From Ignavibacteriales bacterium (GTDB taxonomy: Bacteria; Bacteroidota; Ignavibacteria; UBA10030; UBA6906), in assembly GCA_037441705.1 (NCBI GenBank), contig JBBIRR010000018.1, positions 1-64,000 of the forward strand: a stretch of DNA of 64,000 nt. Direction: 5' to 3'. Both the position numbers and the translations under genes were made by a program. Positions 23,872 through 33,224 of this stretch are shown here, in pieces. Within the stretch, counting starts at the first letter, position 1. Every line of letters starts with the position of its first letter. The notes beneath the pieces are model-generated. The model saw only the letters and a program-made list of their open reading frames with translations. It did no database searches and was not told the DNA's origin.

Positions 23872-24723
23872 TCAACTTTTCTGGAACGCCTGCAGCTTGT
23901 TGGGATTGAGCATGACGTACATTCGGGAAACCTTGTCGCCCTCGCTGACGGTAAGGACGTATGCCGCAACGGGATGCGTGCGATCGAAAACGACAAAGCC
24001 GGGCTGACCGTTGATGGAGAGGACTTCGATGCGCGGAGAGAATTGCGCCTTGCGGGCGGCGGTTGTCAGCAGATGCGCAACCTTTTCGGCGCCGAGGAGA
24101 GGAGTCGGAGATGCCGCCACCTTGCCGCCTCCATCGGCCGTCAGTCGGACGTCTGGAGCCAGCAACGCGATGAGCCCTGCAACATCTCCGGCTGTAATCG
24201 CGGCGACGATGCGTTCCGCGAGACGAAGATCGGATGGCGTCGGCGCCGGATAAGAGGCCTGCGCTTGCTGAATCTTGTCCTTTGCCCGCTTCAGTAATTG
24301 GCGGCTATGCTCCGTTCGTCTGTCGAGCATTTCCGCGATCTCTTCGTGTGTGTAGTCGAAGGCTTCTTTCAGCACGAAGACAGCCAGCTCAAGAGGTGAA
24401 AGCTCACGCGTCAGCACCATCATCTCGTAGGTGAGCACTGTGCGTGTTTCGCCCGTCGGATTTGCAGCGTGCTCTACAGCATCGGGGAGTGGTTCGGGAA
24501 GCCAGATGTTCGGATAGCTCAGCCGCTTCTTGTGTGCAGATTGGAGAGAGTTGATCGCAGCGTTGACCGTGGATTTCACAAGATACCCTCGAACATTCTC
24601 AACGCGATCCTTCGGTGTTTCTTCCCAGCGCAACAATACGTCCTGCACAACATCCTCAGCCTCGGCACGACTGCCGAGCATGTTGTACGCAACCGAAACC
24701 ATGAGCGGGCGGTATTCTGTCAT
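23872..24723 (-). CDS. ECF41 (SigJ-like) sigma factor with SnoaL-like C-terminal extension
   Basis: AEAEDVVQD, WLPEP linker, DGGG and NPNKL motifs. Confidence 0.9.
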   Translation of the reverse strand: MTEYRPLMVSVAYNMLGSRAEAEDVVQDVLLRWEETPKDRVENVRGYLVKSTVNAAINSLQSAHKKRLSYPNIWLPEPLPDAVEHAANPTGETRTVLTYEMMVLTRELSPLELAVFVLKEAFDYTHEEIAEMLDRRTEHSRQLLKRAKDKIQQAQASYPAPTPSDLRLAERIVAAITAGDVAGLIALLAPDVRLTADGGGKVAASPTPLLGAEKVAHLLTTAARKAQFSPRIEVLSINGQPGFVVFDRTHPVAAYVLTVSEGDKVSRMYVMLNPNKLQAFQKS

Positions 24724-24778
24724 AGCATGATCAAAGAACAACAGGCAAACGCTGAACTCAAAGCTACGAATCGATACG

Positions 24779-25404
24779 ATGAAGAACAAGGGACCCGCAG
24801 CCGGAGCAGACGGTGTTCGTCAGCAGCAGCCCCTGCCTGTTGTATGCGTGGTTGTCCTTCTGCAGTTGTCGCTCGCCCACGCGATCTCGCAACCGACGAT
24901 CCAGAAAATTGTTCAGGCGGTGAGGGCAAGAGACGTCATTACGGTGGATGGCATTCTCAGCGAATCCGTCTGGCACACACCTGCGCTCAATTGGACGTTC
25001 ACCCCCAAGCTGAGCCTGCAAATGTGCATCCAGCCGCTGATTTCGGTCGGAACTTACACGGCAATCAAGGAACTTACACGACCTCGGTCGTATGAGTTCA
25101 CACCTACGGTAGCGGCGTTTCGACAATCAGGAAGGAGAATAACGAGTATGTGATCGACCCCGACGGCACCGGACGACCCTTCAGCATTACCGATCCCGAT
25201 TTCAACTCTAAGTCGCTTCGCGGCAGCGCAGTACTACGGTGGGAGTATCTGCCCGGCTCGACCATCTATTTCGTCGGGACGCAACTCCGCACTGACGAGT
25301 CTGACCCCGGCGCGTTCCGATTCGGACGGAACGTCTCGCAGCTTTTCCGTTCCCAGCCTGACAACCTCTTTCTCATCAAACTGAGCTTCTGGACGAACCC
25401 GTAG
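24779..25404 (+). pseudogene. Remnant of a CBM9/DUF5916 outer-membrane protein (large internal deletion plus frameshift)
   Basis: N-terminal ITVDGILSESVW joined directly to late LNWTFTPKLSLQ; C-terminal SLRGSAVLRWEYLPGS...FLIKLSFW in another frame. Confidence 0.7.
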
Positions 25405-25443
25405 ATTTGCACCGGTCTCGTCCTCTCCCCGGGTTGCCGATCT

Positions 25444-26484
25444 TCACAGCGTGACCTTGGATTTCCCCTGGTCGACCGCTTTGATCCATTGGATCAATCC
25501 CTTCATGTACGTCTGTTGGTCGTCGTACATGCACATGTGGCTGCCGTTCGGGCACAGGAGAAAGCTGCCGTTCCGTACTTCGTTTGCTATCCACTTCATA
25601 TGTTCGGGATCCATAGTGTCATGCGTTGCGCCGATGACCAATGTCGGAACGGTGATCATTTTCAGATCCGCTTTCCGATCCCAACGTTCGAGCTTGCCCG
25701 AGATACCGAATTCACTCGGCCCCTGCATGGTAACGTAGAGAGATTTGTTCAACTTGTTGAAGGAGCGCACCACAGGCTCGGGCCATTCTTCTAACGGCAT
25801 GCGAAGAATGTGCTTCGTGTAGTAGTGGGTCATGAGCAGATCCATGTACTGCGGGTTGTCGAAGTCGTTCTTTGCTTCGAATTCCCGTACCTGGCGAAGG
25901 ATGTTGGGGTCGAACTGCTTCGCCAGCACCTCTTCTGCGTAGCGATCATAGTCCGGCGCGCTGGCCATCATGTTGGAGATGATCAACCCCTTCAACCGAT
26001 CTTGATACGTGAGAGCGTACTCCATGGCAAGCAGTCCACCCCATGAGTGACCAAGGAGATAGAAATTGTCCTTCGAGAGGTTCAGCGCTTTCCGTACCTG
26101 CTCAACTTCTTCGACATAACGCTGAAGGTCCCAGAACGTCGTGTCGTTCGGATTGTCGGAGTTGCCGCATCCCAACTGGTCGTAGTAGATAAACTCGATG
26201 CCTTCTCGCGGAAGAAAATTTTCGACGCACTCAAAATACTCATGCGTCGCACCGGGACCGCCGTTGAGCAGCAGCAGCTTGATCCGCGGATTATTCCCGA
26301 AACGCTTTGTCCACACCTTGAAAACACCCTCGGGCGTCTCGATCGGAACAACTGTGACATTACCGTTTTGGACTCCCTCCCTTGCCGGCGCAAAGTACTC
26401 TTCCAACCGGGGCCTGTCGTGTTGTGCGCAGGAGACAAGAAGGAAGCTGAGACATACGAGGTGCAGCAGTGCGTAGCGGTTCAT
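25444..26484 (-). CDS. pip: Proline iminopeptidase family lipoprotein (alpha/beta hydrolase)
   Basis: NGGPG, YDQLGCG, GHSWGG nucleophile motif, GSH; lipobox LVSC. Confidence 0.88.
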   Translation of the reverse strand: MNRYALLHLVCLSFLLVSCAQHDRPRLEEYFAPAREGVQNGNVTVVPIETPEGVFKVWTKRFGNNPRIKLLLLNGGPGATHEYFECVENFLPREGIEFIYYDQLGCGNSDNPNDTTFWDLQRYVEEVEQVRKALNLSKDNFYLLGHSWGGLLAMEYALTYQDRLKGLIISNMMASAPDYDRYAEEVLAKQFDPNILRQVREFEAKNDFDNPQYMDLLMTHYYTKHILRMPLEEWPEPVVRSFNKLNKSLYVTMQGPSEFGISGKLERWDRKADLKMITVPTLVIGATHDTMDPEHMKWIANEVRNGSFLLCPNGSHMCMYDDQQTYMKGLIQWIKAVDQGKSKVTL

Positions 26485-26641
26485 AGGTCCTCCAAGGACA
26501 TGCTCGTCTCGTTTACGAGGCGTAGCGGGTGAGAACATGATATGTGAAAGAACGGCCGCGTCAGTTTATGGATTCGCCGGCCTTTTTTCAAGTGCCGGCG
26601 TGAGGGCGCGGGTGCGTTCAGACTCCTGCCGCGTCCGGCTC

Positions 26642-26685
26642 TTGACAATGCATGGCGCGAAACCTATATTATTTAGGACTCCTAA
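26642..26685 (+). promoter_or_regulatory. Sigma70 promoter with downstream palindromic operator
   Basis: TTGACA-N17-TATATT then TTAGGA-C-TCCTAA (26673-26685) just before ATG 26688. Confidence 0.8.
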
Positions 26686-26687
26686 CT

Positions 26688-27005
26688 ATGAAGCCCTTAC
26701 ACCGTCTGTTTCTTTTCGTTGCGGCAATGCTGGCTCTGTTCGTGATCGCCACCGTCGGCTTCACAAAAGGAGACATCGAGCGAGACGGCGCGGCCCGGCT
26801 CTTCCGCAAGAAGTGCTTCCGCTGTCACGATGCGCGCCTGACGATGGGGCCGATTCGTCCGGCTGCCGCCGACTCGCTCGTCGAGGCAATGCGGAGGTAT
26901 GACAAGCGCTGGATCAGCGCGGAGGAAGCCAGGCTTCTTGCCCGCTACGTTAAGGAGCTCTCTTCTGTCCCTAATCCACAACATTCATCCACCAACAAGG
27001 AGTAA
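26688..27005 (+). CDS. Small monoheme cytochrome c-like protein
   Basis: N-terminal TM/signal, CFRCH, candidate distal Met (VEAMRR). Confidence 0.75.
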   Translation: MKPLHRLFLFVAAMLALFVIATVGFTKGDIERDGAARLFRKKCFRCHDARLTMGPIRPAAADSLVEAMRRYDKRWISAEEARLLARYVKELSSVPNPQHSSTNKE

Positions 27006-27009
27006 ACCT

Positions 27010-27510
27010 ATGAAGCGCTATGCTGTGTTGCTCGCATTCGTTGTCGTGATCCTCGCCGGAGCGTTCGTTGTGCAACGCGTCGTCGCCGATGCGCCCGGCC
27101 TGAAGTATCCCGAGGGTTACCGCAGCTGGACCCATGTGAAGTCCATGCTCATTCACAGCAAAGATCATCCGCTCTACGACCCGTTCGGCGGTTTGCATCA
27201 TGTGTATGTGAATGACAAAGGAGAAAAAGCGCTGAAGAACGGCGGCACCTATCCCGACGGCTCGCTGTTGGTGTTCGATCTGTACGACGTGAAAGACGAC
27301 AACGGCGCGTATGTTGCCACCGACCGGAAGTTCATCGGACTGATGGTGAAGGACTCGAAGAAGTACAAAGAGACCGGCGGTTGGGGATGGGAGGTGTTCA
27401 AAGGGAATGCGAAAACCGGTGGCAACGTGAAGGACGCCAAGACCGAATGCTTCAACTGCCACGCATCGCAGAAGGAAAGCGACTTTGTTTTCTCGAAGTA
27501 CCAACAGTAG
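27010..27510 (+). CDS. Cytochrome P460-family protein, probably cytochrome c'-beta type
   Basis: YPEGYRSW, GLHHVYVN, YPDGSLLVFD, TGGWGW, C-terminal CFNCH..DFVFS; AGGAG RBS. Confidence 0.88.
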   Translation: MKRYAVLLAFVVVILAGAFVVQRVVADAPGLKYPEGYRSWTHVKSMLIHSKDHPLYDPFGGLHHVYVNDKGEKALKNGGTYPDGSLLVFDLYDVKDDNGAYVATDRKFIGLMVKDSKKYKETGGWGWEVFKGNAKTGGNVKDAKTECFNCHASQKESDFVFSKYQQ

Positions 27511-27518
27511 CGAGCGCA

Positions 27519-27547
27519 TGTAGGTCGGGATGACATCCCGACCTACA
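27519..27547. repeat. REP-like perfect palindrome
   Basis: TGTAGGTCGGGAT-GAC-ATCCCGACCTACA (13-bp arms). Confidence 0.75.
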
Positions 27548-27605
27548 GAGCTTTTCAACGTGCAGGATTTTCGTATCTTGCACATCCTATCAACTCTGGA
27601 GCTTT

Positions 27606-28226
27606 ATGTCGACTTCAACTTTTGATCCCGCAGCTCAAGACAACATCGATCGCAAAATCGCCGTCGGGATCGAACGTATCTCGCAGGTACTGAAATCCCT
27701 GCTGTGGGAACACAGCAAGACGATGGGACTCAGTCCCATTCAAATTCAGTTCCTGACCACGCTCGCCTACGAGCGCGATGCGCCATGGACGATCGGCAAC
27801 ATTGCATCGCGGTTTCAGCTCACCCCGGCAACAGTCAGCGACGCGTTGACGGCGTTGGAGAGCAAGGAGCTTATTGTCCGTACGCGCAGCGAGCACGACA
27901 GGCGCACCGTCTTCGTCACGCTGACGCCCGAAGGGAAACGCACCGCTCGCACCACAGGCAAATGGTTGAACGTTGTGCAGGAGCAGATTGCCGGTTTCAG
28001 CGATGAAGAGAAAACCGTTCTCCTGAAATCTCTCATCCAACTGATTGCCGCATTCCAGCAGGAGGGGATGATTTCGACAAAGGGGATGTGCGTCTTCTGC
28101 ACGTACTTTCGCCCGAACGCCCACAGGAGTGCAACTGCGCCGCACCATTGCGCCTACATTAACAAAGCGTTCGGCGATGCCGAGCTGCGGATTGATTGCC
28201 CGGATTACGAAGAGGCAACAAAATGA
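27606..28226 (+). CDS. MarR-family regulator with Cys-rich C-terminal extension
   Basis: wHTH (TPATVSDAL..LESKELI..DRR) plus MCVFC...HHC...IDC. Confidence 0.88.
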   Translation: MSTSTFDPAAQDNIDRKIAVGIERISQVLKSLLWEHSKTMGLSPIQIQFLTTLAYERDAPWTIGNIASRFQLTPATVSDALTALESKELIVRTRSEHDRRTVFVTLTPEGKRTARTTGKWLNVVQEQIAGFSDEEKTVLLKSLIQLIAAFQQEGMISTKGMCVFCTYFRPNAHRSATAPHHCAYINKAFGDAELRIDCPDYEEATK

Positions 28227-28254
28227 GGCACACTCCTGCGACGTTGCCTGATGT

Positions 28255-28764
28255 TTGAACTCGGTGAGGGATACATTCCAGCTTGAACGGTTTCTGGACC
28301 GCGGGATGTGTGCGTTGACGTTTGCAACGACCAGCCCGGCCGATGTCTATCCGTTCGACCCGAGCACGGGTCCGGGATACGTCTGGCACTGCCACATCAT
28401 TGACCACGAGGACAACGAAATGATGCGTCCGTACAACGTACTGCCGATGCCGGGCGCGCTTCGAAGAGTCGGCGGCGAAGCCGCGGCAGAGACAAAACCG
28501 GGACGCTTCTCGCTCGAGCAGAACTATCCCAACCCCTTTAACCCCTCGACGGAAATCCGCTTCCAGATTCCGGAGGATGGCCGCGTTGTCTTGAAGCTCT
28601 ACAACAGTCTCGGCCAGGAAGTCCAAACCCTCATCAACGCTCATGCACCGGCAGGTGTGCATACCGTAAAACTCGATGCAACCAACCTGGCGAGCGGCGT
28701 GTACTTCTACCGCATTCAAGTCGGCGGACAGACAGCAACAAAGAAGATGACGCTGCTTCGGTAG
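28255..28764 (+). pseudogene. 3' remnant of a multicopper oxidase with T9SS CTD
   Basis: [18 protein letters not shown] copper motif followed by [14 protein letters not shown]; no signal peptide or N-terminal cupredoxin domains. Confidence 0.75.
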
Positions 28765-28793
28765 TTCGGCCGAACTGCCCGGCAACGAACGAT

Positions 28794-28826
28794 GGCAGCC
28801 TCGCATTGCGGGGCTGCCTTTTTCTT
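28794..28826 (+). terminator. Intrinsic terminator
   Basis: GGCAGCCTCGCA-T-TGCGGGGCTGCC followed by TTTTTCTT. Confidence 0.85.
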
Positions 28827-28953
28827 ATCCGTGCGAAGATTGCGGCGGGCTTTTTCTTGTTATCAGAAAAGAGTTGATACTGAATGTGAATGGCCGACGT
28901 TTCTTGCAGGCATGGATGTTGCGTCTTTATGATTGAACGAAGGAGATCTTTTC

Positions 28954-29346
28954 ATGTTTGTCCGACATGTCCTCGCGTGGTTTCTGCTGCTCATTGCGGC
29001 CATCACCAACGGCATCATCCGTCAAGCGTTCTTCATCCCACGCATGAGCGAGCTGCATGCGCACCAGCTTTCCACGCTTACCGGCATTATACTGTTCGGG
29101 GTCATCGTCTGGTTCCTGCATCGTACGTGGCCTCTGGCAACTGGCGCCCAGGCATGGGCCGTCGGTTTCATCTGGCTGGCAATGACGCTCGCCTTCGAGT
29201 TTCTCTTCTTTCACTACGTAGGAGGAAAACCGTGGGATGTGTTGTTGGAGGATTACAACATCATGCATGGCCGGGTGTGGATGTTGATTCCCCTCTGGGT
29301 GACGATCGCGCCGTACATCTTCTTCCGGCTGAGGGGCAACGGGTGA
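28954..29346 (+). CDS. Hypothetical membrane protein
   Basis: AAGGAG RBS, 4 TM segments, AITNGIIR and TLAFEF motifs. Confidence 0.8.
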   Translation: MFVRHVLAWFLLLIAAITNGIIRQAFFIPRMSELHAHQLSTLTGIILFGVIVWFLHRTWPLATGAQAWAVGFIWLAMTLAFEFLFFHYVGGKPWDVLLEDYNIMHGRVWMLIPLWVTIAPYIFFRLRGNG

Positions 29347-29348
29347 CC

Positions 29349-29636
29349 TTACGCTCTCTTCCGCCACTCCCACACAACAATGCTTGCTGCGATCAAGCCA
29401 AATCCAAACAGGTAGTCTTCGACCGGAATGGTTCCAAGCCGTAGTCCGGTCTGAAACGATTTTCCATACAACACAATCGGTCGCCACGTAAGGTAGCTGT
29501 TGACGATGGTCATGAATACAAACATGACTCCCATAAACAGCCAGAACCGCGGTTGTCGTAGTATGCCCGTCTTCAGGAGATGGTCAAGGCAAGCGACAAG
29601 TGCAACGGATGCCAGTGAGGCGTAGGTGTATTCCAT
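29349..29636 (-). CDS. Heterodimeric lycopene cyclase subunit (CrtYd-like)
   Basis: Hydrophobic, GTIPVEDYLFGF motif; coupled to the upstream subunit. Confidence 0.85.
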   Translation of the reverse strand: MEYTYASLASVALVACLDHLLKTGILRQPRFWLFMGVMFVFMTIVNSYLTWRPIVLYGKSFQTGLRLGTIPVEDYLFGFGLIAASIVVWEWRKRA

Positions 29637-29944
29637 CACTCTTTCCTCAGAAAATACTTCACGGATTCCCACACAAAGATAGAAACGAAACCCACGACGG
29701 GGAAGAAGAGAAATTCTTCCAGCGGCAGATGGAAAATCCAGATGCCGATGATGTAGTGGGGATTGAACGACCAGTGGCCGCGCGCAGCCGCAATCAAATC
29801 CCACATCCAATATACGATGGAAACTCCGGCAACGGAGGCAAGCAGTGCACGGCGATTCCTCCAGAGCGAAATATTCTTGTCGCGACTCAACGCGAGCGGT
29901 ATCGCCAGCGTCGCGATGAGCACGAGGAGGTACTCAGTTCTCAT
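29636..29944 (-). CDS. Heterodimeric lycopene cyclase subunit (CrtYc-like)
   Basis: WDLIAAARGHWSFNP and LPLEEFLFF motifs. Confidence 0.85.
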   Translation of the reverse strand: MRTEYLLVLIATLAIPLALSRDKNISLWRNRRALLASVAGVSIVYWMWDLIAAARGHWSFNPHYIIGIWIFHLPLEEFLFFPVVGFVSIFVWESVKYFLRKE

Positions 29945-30761
29945 GGCGAACCTCTGTGGGCACAAGCGAACGGCGACCCATCAGCGACCATACCGCAACG
30001 CCGGCAACGATGAGCACGGCTGTTGCAGCGTGGCTTGCATATCCGAACAGACTATCAGTGATGAGGAAAAGTCCGAATTGAAGAGAGAAGACCACGATGC
30101 TGCTGGTAAGCAACGCGCTCGTGTGGGCCGAGTTCGGAAGTCGGTCGTAGCATTCCAGCAGAAATACCGCTGCGGCTGAAAGGCCGAACCAGCTTGCGTA
30201 GTTTTGCAGCGGGATGGTACCCTCGTGCCATTGCCAGTACGACTTGATAAAAGATGCCATCGGCTCGAGGGCGATGTCAAACGCGAGGGTGAGCGTGCCT
30301 GCCGCAAGCGCTGTAGCGATGCCGGGTGGGAAGATCGCTTGTGCAATTCTTCGCGTTATCATGATGGTGGTGTACCATGCAGCCGCGATCGCCAGCGGTA
30401 CGCCCATGAGACGAAAGCCGAGAACATCAGTGTACGTGTAGGAGCCAAACGGGATGCCTGTACGCATGCCAACGTACTCCAGGGCAAACGCGGCAACGAA
30501 AATCACGACGGCAAGCAGAACGTTGCTGCGCAACGACCTGACGCGTCCTTCTGAGATGAACACCACCGCGGCGGACAGAAAGAGAATGAGCGATGCCGTC
30601 CATGAAAATTGCTTGGGCAGCAAGTCGGCGGAAATGAAGACGTAACCGAAAAGCAGCAATACCATCCAACCGACGAGCAAGACGCGAAACATCATCCTGC
30701 TTGTCGCCGAAGCGAATCCGTCAGCAATGCCGTGAAGGAATTGTCCGACCGAGCTCATCAT
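29934..30761 (-). CDS. cruF: Carotenoid 1,2-hydratase (CruF/DUF422 family)
   Basis: EYVGMRTGIPFGSYTYT, GVPL, DIALEPMA, PLQNYASW. Confidence 0.85.
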   Translation of the reverse strand: MMSSVGQFLHGIADGFASATSRMMFRVLLVGWMVLLLFGYVFISADLLPKQFSWTASLILFLSAAVVFISEGRVRSLRSNVLLAVVIFVAAFALEYVGMRTGIPFGSYTYTDVLGFRLMGVPLAIAAAWYTTIMITRRIAQAIFPPGIATALAAGTLTLAFDIALEPMASFIKSYWQWHEGTIPLQNYASWFGLSAAAVFLLECYDRLPNSAHTSALLTSSIVVFSLQFGLFLITDSLFGYASHAATAVLIVAGVAVWSLMGRRSLVPTEVRHEN

Positions 30762-31306
30762 TCATTCATCGTCCGTTGCAGGAGTCGATTATACAACTCT
30801 CGATTGGAGCTTTCGATAAACTCGTTCAGCATGTCATCCATTTCTTCTTTCATTCTCGATTCGATGAATGCTTCGCCGAGCAGGGGAGCCATCCAGTGTA
30901 TCGCGAAGCCGTTCTCGCGCACCAAACGTAATCGGAGTGTAATTGAAATTCGTGTTGTCCGTTCGGCTTCAGGCTTGATCAACACTGCACAATACATATA
31001 GTTCTGATCATCGGGGGAGAGCGACTCGTACACGGTCAGCGAGTCTCCCTCGGTACGTCGAGCGATCGTAAAGTCGGTGCGCAGCGTGCCGGCGAGCGGA
31101 ACCTGCTTCGCCGTCTGGTAGAGGTAGATGTTCTCGCCGATGCTCTTGACGCGCACAACGCCGGGCATGTGGCGTTCGAACAAGCCAATGTCATCCACGA
31201 AACCGGCAAGCAGTTCGCGTTCGAGGTCGATAGTGTAGGATGCTTCAGTGGCAACATCGACCACGAATCCGCTGTTCATGAAAATTAGCAGTGCAAGCAA
31301 CTTCAT
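30758..31306 (-). CDS. Hypothetical protein, possible SRPBCC/START-like lipid-binding fold
   Basis: AAGGAG RBS, hydrophobic N-terminus, C-terminal helix typical of SRPBCC; fold is inferred. Confidence 0.6.
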   Translation of the reverse strand: MKLLALLIFMNSGFVVDVATEASYTIDLERELLAGFVDDIGLFERHMPGVVRVKSIGENIYLYQTAKQVPLAGTLRTDFTIARRTEGDSLTVYESLSPDDQNYMYCAVLIKPEAERTTRISITLRLRLVRENGFAIHWMAPLLGEAFIESRMKEEMDDMLNEFIESSNRELYNRLLQRTMNE

Positions 31307-31335
31307 TTCATTCTCCTTTGATCTGTACGTGAAGG

Positions 31336-32499
31336 CTACGTCGCCTGGCGTGAGAGAGGGTAGATTCGGCCTTTCCACCGTAGTCCGCCAGCAAAGAGTG
31401 CCCAGCGGACGGAATTGGCAGCAATCCCGACAACAATTGCCGTGGCAACAGGATGCAGCAGGATCGGCAAGAAGCCCAGTGAAAACCTGAGGGAGAGCAT
31501 CGAGCGAGTCGCAATCAGCAAACCCACCTGGATGAGCATGAGCGCCATCCACGAATCGACTGGCGCAGAATCGATCGCTGGCCAATCGAACATTCCGCCG
31601 ACAGCGAGAACAAAAGGCCCGATGGAGGTGACGACATTGAAGAGCATGACGAGCGTGATCGCGGCCAGCGAGTATCGGAATCCCGGAAACAGGTTCTTCG
31701 AGAACCCATCCCAAATCTCTCGCAGGGAGCGATACATGCGTGTCGTGACCACCTCGGCTCCATCCATCACCCGTAAACGAAAGCCGTGTTTCTTGACCAG
31801 GCGCGCTAACCAGACGTCTTCGACCAATGCATCCTTCACCGCTTTATGTCCGCCGATGGCGTCGTAGGCAGAACGTCGGAAGAGCATGAACTGTCCGTTT
31901 GCCATGGCGAGTTGCGGCTTGCGTGTGTGATGCACCAACGGGAACGGAAGCGTTGTGAACGTCACAAAGTGCAGCATCGGCATGACGACTTTCTCCCACA
32001 GCGAGCGAAGCTCGAGGTGGGGAATGAGTGACAGCAAGGCGGCGTTGGAGCGTTCGAGTGCTGCAACGGCATTCGCAATGGTGGTGGGCGAGTGCCGGGT
32101 GTCTGCGTCCGTGAAAAGCAGCAGTTCACCACGTGCGGACTCTGCGAGTTGATGACACGCAAAACATTTTCCAACCCATCCTGCTGGTAACGACTCTCCG
32201 CGTAGAACGCGAAGCTGCGGAAAACGGGATTGCCATTTCTGCAATTCCTCCCAGGTCCCGTCCTCCGAGCGGTCGTCCAGCACGATGATTTCGAACTGCG
32301 GATACGCTTGAGCAGCCAGCGAGGAAAGGCACGTACCAATGGTATTGACCTCGTTGCGGGCGGGAATGAGCACTGAGACGAACGGCATCGTTCGGGGCTT
32401 CCAGGTTTTCCGTATGCGCGGAAGGGTCAACACATTCACTGCAGCGATGAATGTCATGACCAGGAGCAGCGCCAGAACGATCTGTGCATACAGCATCAT
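31336..32499 (-). CDS. GT2 glycosyltransferase (carotenoid glycosyltransferase, CruC/CrtQ-like)
   Basis: IPARNE, DDRSEDGT, GWVGKCFAC, FTDAD, ANGQF, LVED, WKGR. Confidence 0.88.
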   Translation of the reverse strand: MMLYAQIVLALLLVMTFIAAVNVLTLPRIRKTWKPRTMPFVSVLIPARNEVNTIGTCLSSLAAQAYPQFEIIVLDDRSEDGTWEELQKWQSRFPQLRVLRGESLPAGWVGKCFACHQLAESARGELLLFTDADTRHSPTTIANAVAALERSNAALLSLIPHLELRSLWEKVVMPMLHFVTFTTLPFPLVHHTRKPQLAMANGQFMLFRRSAYDAIGGHKAVKDALVEDVWLARLVKKHGFRLRVMDGAEVVTTRMYRSLREIWDGFSKNLFPGFRYSLAAITLVMLFNVVTSIGPFVLAVGGMFDWPAIDSAPVDSWMALMLIQVGLLIATRSMLSLRFSLGFLPILLHPVATAIVVGIAANSVRWALFAGGLRWKGRIYPLSRQAT

Positions 32500-33224
32500 C
32501 ACTTCATCCCCCTGAAGTGATCGAAGCGGACGTTGACCGAAGCGGCGCCATGAAGCAGAGTGTCGTACTCTTCTAATCGTCCCTCGATGATGTCGCTGCG
32601 CAGGCGCTCGAGCAAGTCTGTCACCGCTGTCTCGAGTGATCGCGTCACAGCCTTGCTGTCGCATGGGGGAGTCACACTTATCGGAGCGCCGAAGATGGTG
32701 AAAGCATCGGGGCGTTGTTCGCTCAACAATTCATAGCGGTGGGCGAAAGGGAGAATCTGCACGCTCTTGCCCACCAGAGAGACGATGCGTGCAGCACCCG
32801 TGTAGAAACGGAGCGGACGCGTGTCGTTGGGCTGCATGACCCCCTGCGGATAGATCCACAGGAATCTGTTCGGACGGTCGAAGAGCTGTGCGGCATAACG
32901 GACGGAACGGTAGGCTTCGCGCGCTGAGTTACGATTCACCGAAAACACACCAAGCCATCTGAAAAACTTGTACCGTGCCATCTGCTGTTCATCCATCATC
33001 AAGTAAGGCTCGCAGTCGAAAACCTCGCGCGAGAAGAACAGTTCAATCAATCCATCCCACCAACTGCTGTGGTTCCCCACGCATAGGATTGGTTGATGAC
33101 GATCAAGTTGCTGAACGAAGTGGAGATTCCTCGCGCGCACTGAAGCAAAATACTTCCTCAACAACTGCCGGTTATGGATGAGGAACAGTCTTTCGAACAG
33201 CGCCGATTTTCTTGCTTCGATCAT
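32499..33224 (-). CDS. LPLAT-family acyltransferase (carotenoid glycoside acyltransferase, CruD-like)
   Basis: NHSSWWD (HxxxxD) and IYPQG motifs. Confidence 0.85.
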   Translation of the reverse strand: MIEARKSALFERLFLIHNRQLLRKYFASVRARNLHFVQQLDRHQPILCVGNHSSWWDGLIELFFSREVFDCEPYLMMDEQQMARYKFFRWLGVFSVNRNSAREAYRSVRYAAQLFDRPNRFLWIYPQGVMQPNDTRPLRFYTGAARIVSLVGKSVQILPFAHRYELLSEQRPDAFTIFGAPISVTPPCDSKAVTRSLETAVTDLLERLRSDIIEGRLEEYDTLLHGAASVNVRFDHFRGMK

